Program-made: the position numbers and the translations under genes
Shown: positions 28,269-41,353 of the stretch, piece after piece
Layout: each line of letters starts with the position of its first letter
Position numbering within the stretch: position 1 is the stretch's first letter
The notes under the pieces: generated by a model
Database searches by the model: none
What the model saw: only the letters and a program-made list of their open reading frames with translations
Told to the model about the DNA's origin: nothing
DNA from: the human T2T-CHM13v2.0 reference genome, Homo sapiens
Assembly: GCF_009914755.1 (NCBI RefSeq)
Contig: NC_060936.1
Reading direction: 5' to 3' (one strand)
DNA: 64,000 bases

Positions 28269-28618
28269 GGCCTAGTGCAGTGGCTCACACCTGTAATCCC
28301 AGCACTTTGGGAGGCCAAGACAGGCAGATTGCTTAAGCTCAGGAGTTAGAGACCAGCCTGGGCAACATGGCAAAATCCCATCTCTACAAAAAAAAAAAAA
28401 AAAAAAAATACAAAAATTATCCAGGTGTCGTAACATGTGCCTGTGGGAGGCTGAGACAGGAGGATCGCTTGAGCTTGGGAGGTGGAGGTTGTAGTGAGTT
28501 GAGATCACTTCATTGCACCACTGCAGCCTGGGCAATAGTGTGAGACTCTGTCTCAAAAAAAAAAAAAAAAAAGAAAAAGAAAAGAAAAAAAGAAAAAGAA
28601 AAATCAAGAAAAAGAAAG
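28269..28618 (+). mobile_element. AluJ
   Basis: ggaggatcgcttgagc diagnostic; expanded middle A-tract; (GAAAA)n tail; small right-arm deletion. Confidence 0.9.
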
Positions 28619-29706
28619 CATAAGAAAAGTTAAAGCAAAGGAAAGCAGAGTAGTTTCCCCACGTCTACATTCTTAAGTCAGAACCACCTCCATTCCTATG
28701 GCAAGATGCCAGTATTCTCCAGCAGCAGATCCATTTCAATGCATTTGCAAAGGCACTGCTCTACTAAATTAAATGTCCAACTAGAATGAGCTATCACCAG
28801 AACACACTATCATGCCTCAGCTACTTCCATTACTGTGAACCACTCCCCACTAACCTCCCCCCCGGACCCGAAATACCCAAGAGGTCACAAAGATCCAGTG
28901 GCATCCAAGAAAATAAAATAGTTTTACATCAATATGTCTCCAGCAAGAAATCCCTCTACAGTTGTCTGATAGAGCCATCATTTTTCTCATGTTCAAGTCA
29001 ATTGAGTAATCAGAAGAAATGAGACTAAAAATAAATAACGTTAGCCATGGAATGGGAAGATATAACTCAGCAAAATGCTGGCAAGTGCTTCTCTACTCGC
29101 CAAGCCTCAGAATGCACAATGCCCCTTTCTGTTCAGCCATGACAATCTAATTCAGGTTTTGTCCTCCCAGGAGGTGATCAGTGAGTCCAGATGGCCACCA
29201 AGCTACCTCATTGTCCTGGGCATCGAAGCCAGACTGCACTGCAGGTGTGTGCTGAAATTCAGTTCCACTTTTCTATTGCCAGCAAGCCTCACCATGAGAG
29301 GAGCTGCCACATGCCTAGAGCCAGCTCCTGGGATGGCTGGATAAGGCCAGAGCCCTATGATTCTTTGGGCCATTCTGATGTTTTGAGACTTAAAGGAGCA
29401 ATTAAAGCCCAGCTCTGCTCACTCATGAGAATTCAGAATGACTAGGATACATAATCATGACATAATTAGAACCAAACAAAAAAAGTTTAACAAGAACAAA
29501 TGAGCTTAGTAAAAATAAGCTGTGTCCATCTATATTGGGTAGAGAAAAAATATCTGACAACATTTAGTGGATAATAAGCTAACTGAGTTAATACTATAAG
29601 ATAGAAAAAAAGTTAACACATCAGGGTATCTAAATTTTAGGTGGTAAGGTAGATATAAGAAGGCAGTTATTAAAACATGGCTGAGATCTTTTCTAGAGAA
29701 GGAACT

Positions 29707-29895
29707 CAGGTTGATGCAGTGGCGAAAAAAAAAAACGTTTTACAATTGGAAGAACTGAATTTGATCTTGCCATGCACTTTCACTATGCTGCTTGGCTTAA
29801 CTCTGAACTTCCGTTTTCTCACCTGTAAGATGGGCATATTGATAATGCATAATTTTATTGTTGCATATGTTGTAAGAATTCAACTAGCTAATGCA
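29707..29895 (+). mobile_element. MIR (interrupted by L1PA; resumes about 30448-30500)
   Basis: cttaactctgaacttccgttttctcacctgtaagatggg...gttgtaagaattcaactagctaatgcat. Confidence 0.7.
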
Positions 29896-30447
29896 TAGAA
29901 ATACCATTTGACCCAGCGATCCCATTACTGGGTATACACCCAAAGGATTATAAATCACACTACATAAAGACACGTGCATATGTATGTTTATTGCGGCACT
30001 GTTCACAATAGCAAAGACTTGGAACCAACCCAAATGTCCGTCAATGATAGCCTGGATTAAGAAAATGTGGCGCATATACACCATGGAATACTATGCAGTC
30101 ATAAAAAAGGATGAGTTCACGTCCTTTGTAGGGACATGGATGAAGCTGGAAACCATCATTCTGAGCAAACTATCCCAAGGACAGAAAACCAAACATCACG
30201 TGTTCTAACTCATAGGTGGGAATTGAACAATGAGAACACGTGGACAAAGGGCGGGGAACATCACACACCAGGGCCTGTCGTGGGGTGAGGGGATGGGGGA
30301 GGGATAACATTAGGAGAAAAACCTAATGTAAATGACGAGTTAATGGGTGAAGCAAACCAACACAGCACATATATACATATGTAACAAACCTGCACGTTGT
30401 ACACATGTACCCTAGAACTTAAAGTATAATTAAAAAAAAAAAAAAAA
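29896..30447 (+). mobile_element. 5'-truncated L1PA (PA5/6-like) 3' end
   Basis: ORF 29984-30208 is the L1 ORF2 C-terminus (MFIAALFTIAKTWNQPKC); 3'UTR ...cctagaacttaaagtataat plus poly-A. Confidence 0.95.
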
Positions 30448-31089
30448 GAAACAGCTTTCCAGTGTATGGTATGCAATAAGAGTTCAACACACATTGGCTA
30501 TGAATGGAACATCCGTTTCTGATATAACCAAAGAAGCATAAACGAAAATGTAGAAGGTTTTTGGAGAACACCACACATTTTTAATGTTGTAAAATATGGC
30601 CTCTCCTGAAAACTTGACCAATTGCAGACCCACAAAGCTGAGGATCAGACCCTCTGATTTTGGGCCCCAACCCCAGTCTCTGAGGCTCCAACTGGGTCAT
30701 CAGCCAGACTCCTTGGATATCTTTCTTTTTAGTCTCACTTTGTGAGTCAGGGGGAAGAAGGCCAGAGGGCAGCATAATTGGGACCGCAAGGCACAGGCAT
30801 GATCAACTATAGCTTGGGTTTACAAATCACCAGACAAGCCTTTCCCCAATTCAGAGAAGCTTTTAGGGCCATTTGAAATGGAAATGTCCATTAACCTTGA
30901 AAGCAGACAATGAGTGATGCAAATATTAAACCATCTTATAAAGGAAAAAGACAATGATCAACTCATTTAAAAAACCTTTGTGAGATAAACAGACTTTATG
31001 CTGCATATCTAGTGTCTTCCATCTGGCCAGCGAAACCTCTCCATCCATCACTCTAACACTTGATCTGCCATTCCCCTGCAGGCTTGGGA

Positions 31090-31235
31090 GCATGAACTGA
31101 AAGACCTGAAAGTCCATCCAATCCAAACTTCTCATTTTGACAGATGGGAAATTGAGACCTAAAGAAATTAGATGTTTTCTAAGAACACAAATTCGGTGGC
31201 AAAATTGGTACCAGATCCTAGTTTTCCTAATTACC
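31090..31235 (-). mobile_element. MIR
   Basis: ctcattttgacagatgggaaattgagacc core. Confidence 0.65.
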
Positions 31236-31395
31236 TGTCATGCCTGCCTTGTTCATTCTCACCTCAAAGATTTTATTTGACAAGCAATATGATTCCTCTA
31301 CCTCTATCTATTTAGATTGTGAGTCCTTAAAGGAGGCTAAATTATCCAGCTTTTGTATTTCTCACTCAAAGAAATAAATAGATGATTACAAATAC

Positions 31396-31747
31396 TGTTT
31401 TAGTCCATTCAAGCTGCTATAACAAAATACCCATTGACTGGGTAACTTACAAGGAACAGAAATTTATTTCTCACAGTTCTGGAGGCTTGGAAGTCCAAGA
31501 TCAAAATACTAGCAGAATCAATGTCTTATGAGAGCCCATTTCCTGGTTTACAGATGATGCCTTCCTCACATGATGGAAGGGGCAAAAGTTCTCTCTTGGG
31601 TCTGTTTTATAAGGTCCCACTCATGAAGACTCTGCCCCCATGACCTAATCACCTCCCAAAGGCCCCACCCCCTAATACATCATCACCTTGGGGGTTAGGA
31701 TTTCAACATATGAATTTTGAGGGGCCACAAACATTCAGACAATAGCA
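31396..31747 (-). mobile_element. MaLR solo LTR (MSTD/MLT1A-like)
   Basis: tgttttagtccattcaagctgctataacaaaatac...atttcaacatatgaatttt...cattcagacaatagca; perfect 5-bp TSD aatac. Confidence 0.9.
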
Positions 31748-32374
31748 AATACTATAAGTTGCACTTTTACTAAAATGATAATGGAAAGTAGAGAAATCTG
31801 TTCCCATTTGGGCAGGGATTGGTTTATTCTGTTTCACTCACATCAGACCTGCTTATAGTTTTGAAGAATCCCTAATGGTTCTCAGAATGTGGGTAGGACC
31901 TGCTTTGCCATTTTCAAAAAGGTCTACTTTCATGCAAATAGGTAGGAAACTACATACTGTTTTGACTAATGTAACAACCAACTGGTCTCCATTTCCTTAT
32001 AGGATTAAAAGCTATTAAATAAACAAAATTCAGCAAGAGTTTCATGATCTATGAGGTGGAGGTAATATTCTTGTTTGATGGACTTAAAACTCTATAAACA
32101 GACTTTACATAATCTTTATCCTTAGAAATCTTATAAAAAAGTGTTGTCTAATTTGGATGGTTCAGCTGTTCTCCCTCACGAAAGCACAGGCTGGATAGAA
32201 GCCCTTCTGTGATCCTTTCTCTACCCACTTGCTTTCTGCTCTTATTACAGTGATATTCTAGTAATATTTAATTCTCTACCATCACACATCTCCTACCTAT
32301 AATCACTTGCAGACTTCAGTTTGTAAGAAGACTTTCTACCTGCTCAAAGTCAATCTTTAAGTCACAACTATGAT

Positions 32375-32458
32375 TCTGAAGCCTAAGATTCTGTATTTCT
32401 AACAAGTCCCAGATAACATTGATGCTGCTGGCCTTTAGGCCATATTTTGAATAGCAAA
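32375..32458. mobile_element. MER5-type hAT fragment
   Basis: ttctgtatttctaacaagtcccagataacattgatgctgctggc...tttgaatagca. Confidence 0.65.
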
Positions 32459-32724
32459 ACTCTAGAATGTATCCCATGATCAACTATATGGATCCATTAG
32501 AACCATTCCTGACCCATTCTCCTTCCTCAGTAACCTCTCTACTAAAATACTAAAATGTTTGAAATGGCTTTTGTGTGTTTATTTAAAAATGAACATATGA
32601 TTGTAGAGTTATGAAACAAGGAAATAGTATCATTCATTCATTTACTAAAAAAAAAAAAGTCAGTGTTGCAATGCATCATACCAGCCCCTAGGGATTCAAG
32701 TATGAATAACACACAATCATATTT

Positions 32725-32930
32725 GTAGTTAGATGTCTTGGTCCCACAACTAACTAGCTCATTAACCTTGGATAAACCATCTAATCAGTTTCTGCTAATT
32801 TTTTCTTACATAAAATGAAGATAACAATGTTCACCATATAGGGTAGTATGAGTACAATATAGAATTATGTATGTAAACATACAACATACCCCAAAATATA
32901 CTATAAAATGTTTGATATGCTTATTATCAT
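32725..32930 (+). mobile_element. MIR
   Basis: actaactagc...accttggataaa...cataaaatgaagataacaat...agggtagtatgag. Confidence 0.55.
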
Positions 32931-35900
32931 ATGTATTTATTATTTGTTCAGGTTCCTCTCTTATATTGTAATCTGCCTTAAGATAACAAATGACACCACC
33001 TGTATCCCTTCCACCAAAACTAAGCATTTAAAATACTTCTTTACACTCCACAGAATTTAAATTCTTTTTCATTAAATGTCTAATCTCTTTTATTCCCACG
33101 CTTGGACAATCAGTTCATTCTAGAACATTTCAACAGGAAAAAAACCAAACTAGATGGATCTTAGAACATGTCCTCATGACGATCTCTGTTCTGAAGGGTC
33201 TGTCATTCCAGCATTGAAGGCCTCCTTACATTCAAAAAGGTGCCTCCTTTCCCTGTTGCTCTTTTCTTCCATTGATCTGAGAACATTTCCCACAACCACT
33301 AGTATTCAACATATATTCATTGAATGAATTAATTAATGTTAGTGTTTGACATTTGTTAAATCCAAGAAAATACTGACAAGTTTGGGTACTGGGACTGCAA
33401 TTTGTAGGCATCTTTCCTTCACGAACAATTTCACTGCTCTGGGTCAGAGCAACCACCCATTGCATCCCCTGGAAGCTGTTCTGAGGCCTTTATTTTGTGG
33501 CTTGGAAGTGCTTATTATTTGTACACCTGCTCCTTAAGAATCATGGCCACTGATGTAACTGACACTAATTAGCCCTTCCCCCTGCAGGTCCCCACACAGG
33601 GCCAAAGGCTAAATAGGACTAAACACATTCTGCCTCTCAGAGTGGCAAAGGATGAGTGACATGTTTTGGCAGAAGGTGGAGAGGAATTTTAAACTTTCCT
33701 TGTGGTTCCCTCAGTCTCTTTCGCCCTTGTATTCCACTGTGCTCACATTTCTAGGGACTGTCAATCTGGCACCAAATCCACTTAAGGCTGAGACACAGTC
33801 ACCCATGAGGCTGAGACCAAATACTTTCATATCACAGGACACCTGAAAGATTGCTAGACCTGATCTCAGGGTAGAACCCCAGGGCATCTCTTGCCCATTG
33901 CCTTCTCCAGGTGCTGTTCCTGCTGCCGCCACAGACAAGATTAACAAGAAGGTTATATTTAAACTTCCAAGAGGCACTGCTGTGCCATTATGGGTCTATT
34001 TAAAATCCTCCGGGCAGCTGCAGTACATAATAACAAATCAGCAGGAGAGAGGGGGGGAAAGGAGGAGCAGGGAAGGAGGACTGGGGGTGGTCAGGAGCAT
34101 GGTGGATTGTTTCTGAGAAAAATTGACTGTCAAAAGATGGCAGGGGGTACAGGCAAGTTAAGGATGCCACCCAGGGTGAGAGTGAGGGAGAGAATGCATC
34201 AGGAGAACCTGCTAGGCAGGGCAGGGAGAGAACTCAGGCTCCTAATATGAAGATCTGCCAGACCTAAAACCTTGCTGCCTGCCTGGAAGAAACCGCTCCA
34301 TAGTACTCTATTTCTCCCAGGGGACTCTACTGAACAATACCAGCCATTCTTCAGTGTTGATGAAAGATCAGCACCAGAATAGAAAGAGCTCTAATAATGG
34401 GAACACAAAGCAGCTCCCTCAAACCCAACCGATGTGTGCCATTTTCCTCCTGGAATCACTGATAATTCACCCCATGGGAGGACTATGTCACATTCCCTTA
34501 AAGACCATTCTCTAGTGCAGCAGTCTTAGAACCTGATGACTAACCTACAGCTGTGCTCAATTTTGACGTTAAGGACCCATCCCAGTCTCTGGTGTCTTTG
34601 CTAAGTTTGGGCATAGTGTTTCTTAGCCTCTACTTGCCTTCTCCTATCAAAGCTCTGTGGGTACTCTGGAACATTTACAATCTTCCCTCAGTTGTATAGC
34701 ACAATCACATTCATTTTCATCTCCCAGCCTCTTCTTCACTGACAGTGTTTGTTAAACTTAGTTTAACTGACATTATCCAAACTCCTGACCATTTTTATCA
34801 CTCTTTGCTAAAGTGGCTTCATAGTTATTAATGTCTCTCCTGATTATTTTCTGCATGCACAAATTTACTTAAATTTGGTTATTAACCACGGTTTAAATCT
34901 CCATTAATTGTCTAAACTGTCACCCCTTGGGGCTTCCATATAGTATCAACATCTCTGAACTCACAAGCACAGAAATTATGAGACAAATGAACATGGCATC
35001 CTTGTTCAGCATACTGTTACAGTGAAAATAATAGTCTTTCATTGCCTGATTAATTTTGCTTCTATGGAGGACCAAACTGGATGTCACAGGCTAACACATT
35101 TACTATGAATGTACGTCATGATTTGGATGTTCACAATGATCTAATTAACCAAATACGTGTCAAAAATTCACTTTGTATTGTATAGAGATGTCTTAAATGT
35201 CATGCTATGCTATATTCTGATGTAAATACATAAGAAAATGATATAAATGATGTAAGATGCTAGGTCTATATATGTTATTTACCTGAAAAGAAGATTGTAG
35301 TAGATCAGCAAGTATTAACAGTTTATACAAATTAAGAATAAATTCCTCAAGGGGATTTATCTTCTCTTTCTTTTGTTTCTGGTTGAATGCCTAATACGCC
35401 GGAGATTTATAAAACTGTCTGTCCCTACTGCAGGAACAGTAGGCAAACAATACGTACAATTTGTAATAAACCAAAACCTGCCATATCAACATATACTTAT
35501 TGATTGTAAATACTGACTTAAAATTAAGTTCTATATAACGAGGACAGTACGTGATCATTAAGCGCACTATGTGGAATGTATTGTGCAAATGTTACAAACA
35601 TACATTGGCTGTGTAAAACACTCTGCCACATGTTCAGATCACAGTTTGTGACCCCTATATAAAAAACTGATCAATGATTTATTATCTAGTGTCAATTCCC
35701 TTTCTTCCATTTTTTCATCCCTATATCTTTCTCTACAACTATTAGGAGCTCAAAAGATAAGAATTTCAAAGAAAGAGAGCAAGAAGTCAAGAGAGTACAT
35801 CTAGGAGGTACAACACCAGAGGCCCAGAACAGAGAAGGACAGAGAAACTTGTACTGTCCCAGTGGGGCCTGTAGAAATGGCTTTACCATCTAATATGAAA

Positions 35901-36342
35901 ACAAAGTCTTGGCCAAACAAAAATGACCTTCTCAATAAGAAATACAGCAAGGACCCTTGATTGATACTCCAAAGAATTCCTTCCGGGTGAGGTGATCAAT
36001 GAGGAAATCAGACATAACGATCCTAAGGTGTCACTCAGGAAAAATCTTGACAGAACCAAAGAAAAGCAGCCCTGTGTCAAGGAGCTGTCCAGCATTCAGC
36101 CTTCATCTGAACTTTTGGAGACCACTCAGCTCATTTCTGTCTTCATTTACTCGCTGTCTTACATGTCATCCATCTCTTGTTGGACTAAGCACTTCAGTCT
36201 GTTCCCTGGGAACTGCTCTGAGCTCTATACACTTGGTTTAGACAAGACGAGTTACCTACACTCCAGTGACTTCACTGTCTGGGTGAGCAGACAGGGACAC
36301 TTACCTTGGTTCAACCTTCCTTCTGTTTGTTTGGTACCCCTC

Positions 36343-36515
36343 CATTCACGCACCCACCAGATGCTTACTGAGTCCTTCTTCCGTGCTTGGGTGCTCAAGA
36401 TACAAAAAAGAATAACATATAATCCTGCCCTGAAGGAGTCTGAAGTCTAGCCAAATAAACAAATGTGAACAAAGAATAATACTTTACTAAATGAAATCAT
36501 GAAGATAGACACGGG
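36343..36515 (-). mobile_element. L2 3' end
   Basis: cattcac...gcttactgag...aatcctgccctgaaggagtctgaagtctag. Confidence 0.6.
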
Positions 36516-36554
36516 GAAAAGACAGCTTCCATTTGAAAATACCAACCAGAATAA

Positions 36555-37230
36555 CATACTATTCACAAAGGCAAAATTAAAATCAAGTGGCTAATAAGTA
36601 TATTTGAAAAGTTCAACTTCACTAGTAAATCAACTAAATAGAAATTTAAGCACAAATTTTTTTTCCATATTGCAAAGGCGGGGGAAGTGGATATTCTCAT
36701 ACACTATTGATCAACACACATACTAGTTTAAAATTAATGGAGAGTAATTTGATAATAAATATTCAAAGCCACAAGATGTTGGTACTATTTGACCAAGCAA
36801 GTCCAGTTCTGAAAATTTATGCTGAAGAAATAATTTAGGATAGACAAAAAGATTTATCTACAAGGATGTCCATCATTCTATTATTTGTAAAATCTCCCAA
36901 TTTAAAAATAATATAAAATACTGAATAGAGAATTGGTTAAATTGCAGAATTCCATGAAGCCATAAGAAATTATGTAGAAAGATGTTTCTTGATGGGAAAG
37001 GATAATCATATATGAATACAAATAAATTTAAATTTTTTACATAAATAGAAAAGGACTAATACAAAACAGTATGTGCAATATGACTTTATTTTTGTTTTAT
37101 ATATTGCACATTGAGAGATGTTCAGAATGCTAACTACTATCTAGTGAGATTAACTATCTGGTTAATTTTTTCCTTGTCTTCTAGTTTTTCTCAAATGTTC
37201 ATGCATTGCTTTTGTAACAAGAAAAATTAT
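36555..37230 (+). mobile_element. L1ME 3' region
   Basis: aagttcaacttcactagtaa...tttgaccaagcaagtccagttctgaaaatttatgctgaagaaataat...caaggatgtccatca. Confidence 0.65.
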
Positions 37231-37240
37231 TAAAGTGATA

Positions 37241-37680
37241 CAGTTAACTCGGGAACACACAGGTTTGAACTGTGCAGGGTCCACTTACACACAGATTTTC
37301 TTCCACTTCTGCCACTCCTGAAACAGCAAGAACGACCTCTCTTCCTCCTCCTCCTCAGCCTACTCAATTTGAGTATGACATGATGAAGACCTCTATGATT
37401 ATCCACTTCCACTTAATGAATAGTAAATGTATTTTCTCTTCCTTATAATTTTCTTAATAACATTTTGTTTTCAGTAGCTTACTTTATTGTAGGGATACAG
37501 TATAATAATGTATGCAGCATACAAAATATATGCTAATTGACTGTTTCTGTTATCAGCAAGGCTTCCAGTAAACAGTAGGCTGTTAGTAGTTAAGTTTTGG
37601 GGAGTCAAAAGTTACACACAGATTTTTTACTGTGTGGGAGGTTGGTTCCCCTAACCCCCACATTGTTCAAGGGTCAACTG
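37241..37680. mobile_element. Tigger2a (MER28)-like TcMar element
   Basis: TA-flanked on both sides; termini cagttaactc... and ...gttcaagggtcaactg; 440 bp; internal cctcctcctcagcctactcaa. Confidence 0.9.
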
Positions 37681-38779
37681 TACTTAACTTTAACAGAAAA
37701 TAAAGTGCCTGTCACATGCCAGGTACTGGGCTGTGTTCTGTGCATGCAAGATCTGCTATTCACAGCACTACCAAGTATTACTGAGATGAAATGACTCAGC
37801 TAGTCCAGACAACTAGTACCTATGGAGATTAAAAGTTAGTTCTAAAACTCCTGTTCTCCTTGCCATCTAACTAGTCTATAATATTTGTTTCCTAGAATTT
37901 CATTTTTTAAAAATCTATGTTACTATAATGTTAAAAAAGAAGTTTTCCATATAAATCAAACCAAAATACTCTTTAAACCAACGTAAAAACTGTAATAAAA
38001 TTTAGGGGACTGTGAATAGGCACAGAAATACTTTTAAAAGGCTTCTTTCATGTTCTATTTGAACACACAGCAAAATACCCTAAACCCTATGGTGAGACGG
38101 GAAGGTGATGGGGACAACGGAGAGCCAAAAATGAAGCAACACACATATGGAAACAACAATTCACAAGGGGTTACCCACAGCCAAGTCTGAGCTGATGTAG
38201 CGAGTCAACCCAGTTGGGCATTTGCCTTTCTGCCTGTGAGCCTGCAGTTCTGTTTGTCCCAACCAGCCATTTTATGCCCCTCTGTTTCTATTTCAAGTAC
38301 AGGACAAAGAATGATATTGTTCTCAATATGAATTGCCACTTCACTAAGTACTTTATTCACCATTTACCCATTTTCGTCTTTCTCTGAACTTGCCAAATTA
38401 TATCTTTTCACCAGAATATGCATTCCTGGGTGATCAAGTATAAACCTGCCAACTTTTGCCTCTCCTTTCTGATCTCACTGTACCTTGTCATTTCTGCAGC
38501 TCTCTTTTTTTTTTTTGTTAGTGAGATATTATTTTTAGATAAGAAATCTTTTAAATGCTCATTTAATCCTCTGTGGACTGTTTTTTTTTTCACCGTACAC
38601 TGCATTACTTACATTCTATTAAATTGATTTTCACTCTCTGCTCTTCTCACTTCCCAGGGAGATCAGTGGTTTGTTAGTGTTTCAGATTGTTATTCCTGAA
38701 GTTTTTACTTTCATATAGTCTTATGCCTTTTAGGTTCTCCACAATCATTTAGGGTTCACTATGATCAACCCCATCTATT

Positions 38780-39182
38780 TTTAGTCCTGTCTCTTCCATC
38801 TGTTCAATGCAAATCCAAACATAAGATATCTGAACCCCTTCATTTTTAAAAATTATAACACTTTCATATTTGGTTGTCCTGGTCCCTCCACCTTGACTGC
38901 ATCCCCTTTGCCTTGTCAGTGCCCAAGGGAACCTATAGAATTCAAATATCATTTTCTCCAGTGTGCTTTCTCTCGTCACACTAATTAAAACTTCTGATTT
39001 CCTATATAACACTTAGTTTTTACAGTTCCTGCCGTGTTTCTCATAGAGATTTATATTATATACATTTGGTTATTTCTTGTCTCCTCCAATACATTCTAAA
39101 CTCCATGAGGTCTAGAAGAGTGTCTTGTAGCAATAATGCCTTGCCCATAATAGGCACTTACTAAGTATTTTTTGAATGAATG
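38780..39182 (+). mobile_element. L2 3' region
   Basis: ttgtctcctccaatacattctaaactccatgagg...ataataggcacttactaagtatttttt gaatgaatg. Confidence 0.65.
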
Positions 39183-39942
39183 GGAAAATGAACCAACCAG
39201 GTTTCTCTAACATCCTGCTCTTGAGGGCTTGGGTTAGTGTGCACAGTGGCATCTTGATCCATGTATACCTCACTGTGCTAACCCAGGGTTCATGGATTTA
39301 CTGGTCATTAAGTTTTCCCCTGTCATATTCGCAATACACAGACATACACAAAGCCTTGTTGCTTTTACTATTAGTTTCAGTCTGGTCTAGCCTTGATTTA
39401 ATTGTCCCCATTTTATTTAGAAGTCAATTTATTTCATTTTTTAGTATTTATTTAGTACTTTATGTTTGAAAAGAGCTTTTCAATCATTGATTAGTTATTC
39501 TTCTGTGAAGTAGATCTGTATAGTCATCTCTATTTTACAATTAAGAAACCAAAGCACAGAAAGGTGCAATGACTCACTGAGGTTAAAGACAAAGTTAATA
39601 ATAAAACCTATAGCTACCTAGCTTCTTGCCCACAGATTAACCTACCTCACCGTATTTCCTACCAGAAACCAGAGTTCATGGATCCGCATAAGATAATCTA
39701 AACAAAGTTATATCTAGAAAAGCCTGAAGGTCAAAATTTCAAATAGTTATCCAAAACTACAAGATGGTATTGTTCTTTTCCTTGAAAGTGGTGTTCTTCA
39801 GTGCTAACTACAGCACAAGAAAAAAAGAAGATTCTTAAATCCCCATGGGGAGGTGTTTCATCTTTCTAAGAAACAATAAGCTGGCAGGCTATTATTATTT
39901 ATGTTATTAAAAGTCTACAAATATTGAATTCAAATTATTTGC

Positions 39943-41258
39943 ATTTATTTATTAAATGACAAATAAAAATTGTATGTATTTATAGTGTACTACATGATGT
40001 TTTGATATATGCTTACATTGTGGAATGTCTAAATCAAGCTAATTGACATATACATTACCACACATACTTATCATTTTTCTGTGTGGTGAAAACATTTAAA
40101 ATCTGCTCTTAACAATTTTCAAGTATATAATACATTGTTATTAACTATAGTCACCATCTTGTACAGTAAATCTCCTGAATTTATTCACGTGGTCTAACTG
40201 GAATTTTGTATCCTTTGATCAACATACCCCAATTCCTTCAACTCCCAATGGTAACCACCATCCTATTGTCTGCTTCTATGAGTTCAACTGGTTTTAGATT
40301 TCATATATAAGTGAGATCATACAGTGTTTGTCTTTCTGTATCTTGCTTACTTCACTTAGCAAAATGTCCTCCAGATTCATCCATGTTATTGTAAATGACA
40401 CAACTTCCTTCTTTTTTAAGACTGAATAGTATTCCATTGTATATACACACCACATTTTCTTTATGTGTTCATCAACTGATGGACACTTAGGTTGACTCCA
40501 TATCTTGGCTACTGTGAATAATGATGCAATGAACATGGGAGTCAGCTTTTTCTGATATACTGGTTGCATTTCCTTTGAGATGCCCAAAAGTGGGATTGCT
40601 GGGGTCATTTGGTAATTCTATTCTTAGTTTCTTGAGGAACCTCCAAATTGTTTTCCGTAATGATTTAATAATTTACATTCTCACCCACGGTGTGCAAGTT
40701 ATGTTCTCATCCATCTCCCCATCAACACTTGTTATCTCTTGTATTTTTCATAATAGCCATTTTGACAGCTATGAGGTGATATCACATTGTGATTCTGATT
40801 TGCATTTCCCTGATGATTAGTGATGTTGAGCATTTTTCCATATACCTGTTGGCTTTTTGTATGTCTTCCTTTGAGAAATGTCTTTTTGGGTCTGTTGCCC
40901 ATTTTAAGTCAGGTTATTAGTTTTCTTGCTATTGAGTTTCTTGAGTTATATATTTTTAATATTAACCTTTATTAGATGTATGATTTGCAAACATTTTCTC
41001 CGATTCTGTAGGTTTGTCTCTTCACTCTGTTGCTTGTTTCCTTTGCTGTGCAGATACTCTCTAGTTTGATGCAATCCCATTTGTCTATTTTTACTTGTGT
41101 TGCTCATGCTTTGGGGATCATATTTTTAAAAAATCTTTGCCCAAATCAGTGTTATAAAGCTCTTTCCCATTGTTTTCCCTAGTATTTTTTACAGTTTCTG
41201 GTCTTATGTTTAAGTCTTTAATCCATTTGATTTGATTTTTATATATGAGATAAGGGTT
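39943..41258 (-). mobile_element. L1MA (MA8-like) 3' 1.3 kb
   Basis: ORF 40294-40608 is the ORF2 C-terminus (MFIASLFTVAKIWSQPKC); L1MA 3'UTR at the left end. Confidence 0.9.
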
Positions 41259-41322
41259 AAAAAATCCATTTAAATTCTAATTTGAGTAATATAGTCTGCC
41301 ACTTAAAATTACTCAAAGTGCC

Positions 41323-41353
41323 ATGACAGGGCAAGACTCCATCTCAAAAAAAA
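41323..41353 (+). mobile_element. Extremely 5'-truncated Alu (last ~23 nt plus A tail)
   Basis: gacagggcaagactccatctc+An flanked by 18-bp TSD aaaattactca(a/c)agtgcc. Confidence 0.85.

Noticed and set aside
35992-36450. 152-aa ORF
   Set aside because: Starts at GTG, has no recognisable domain, and its C-terminus runs into an L2 fragment.
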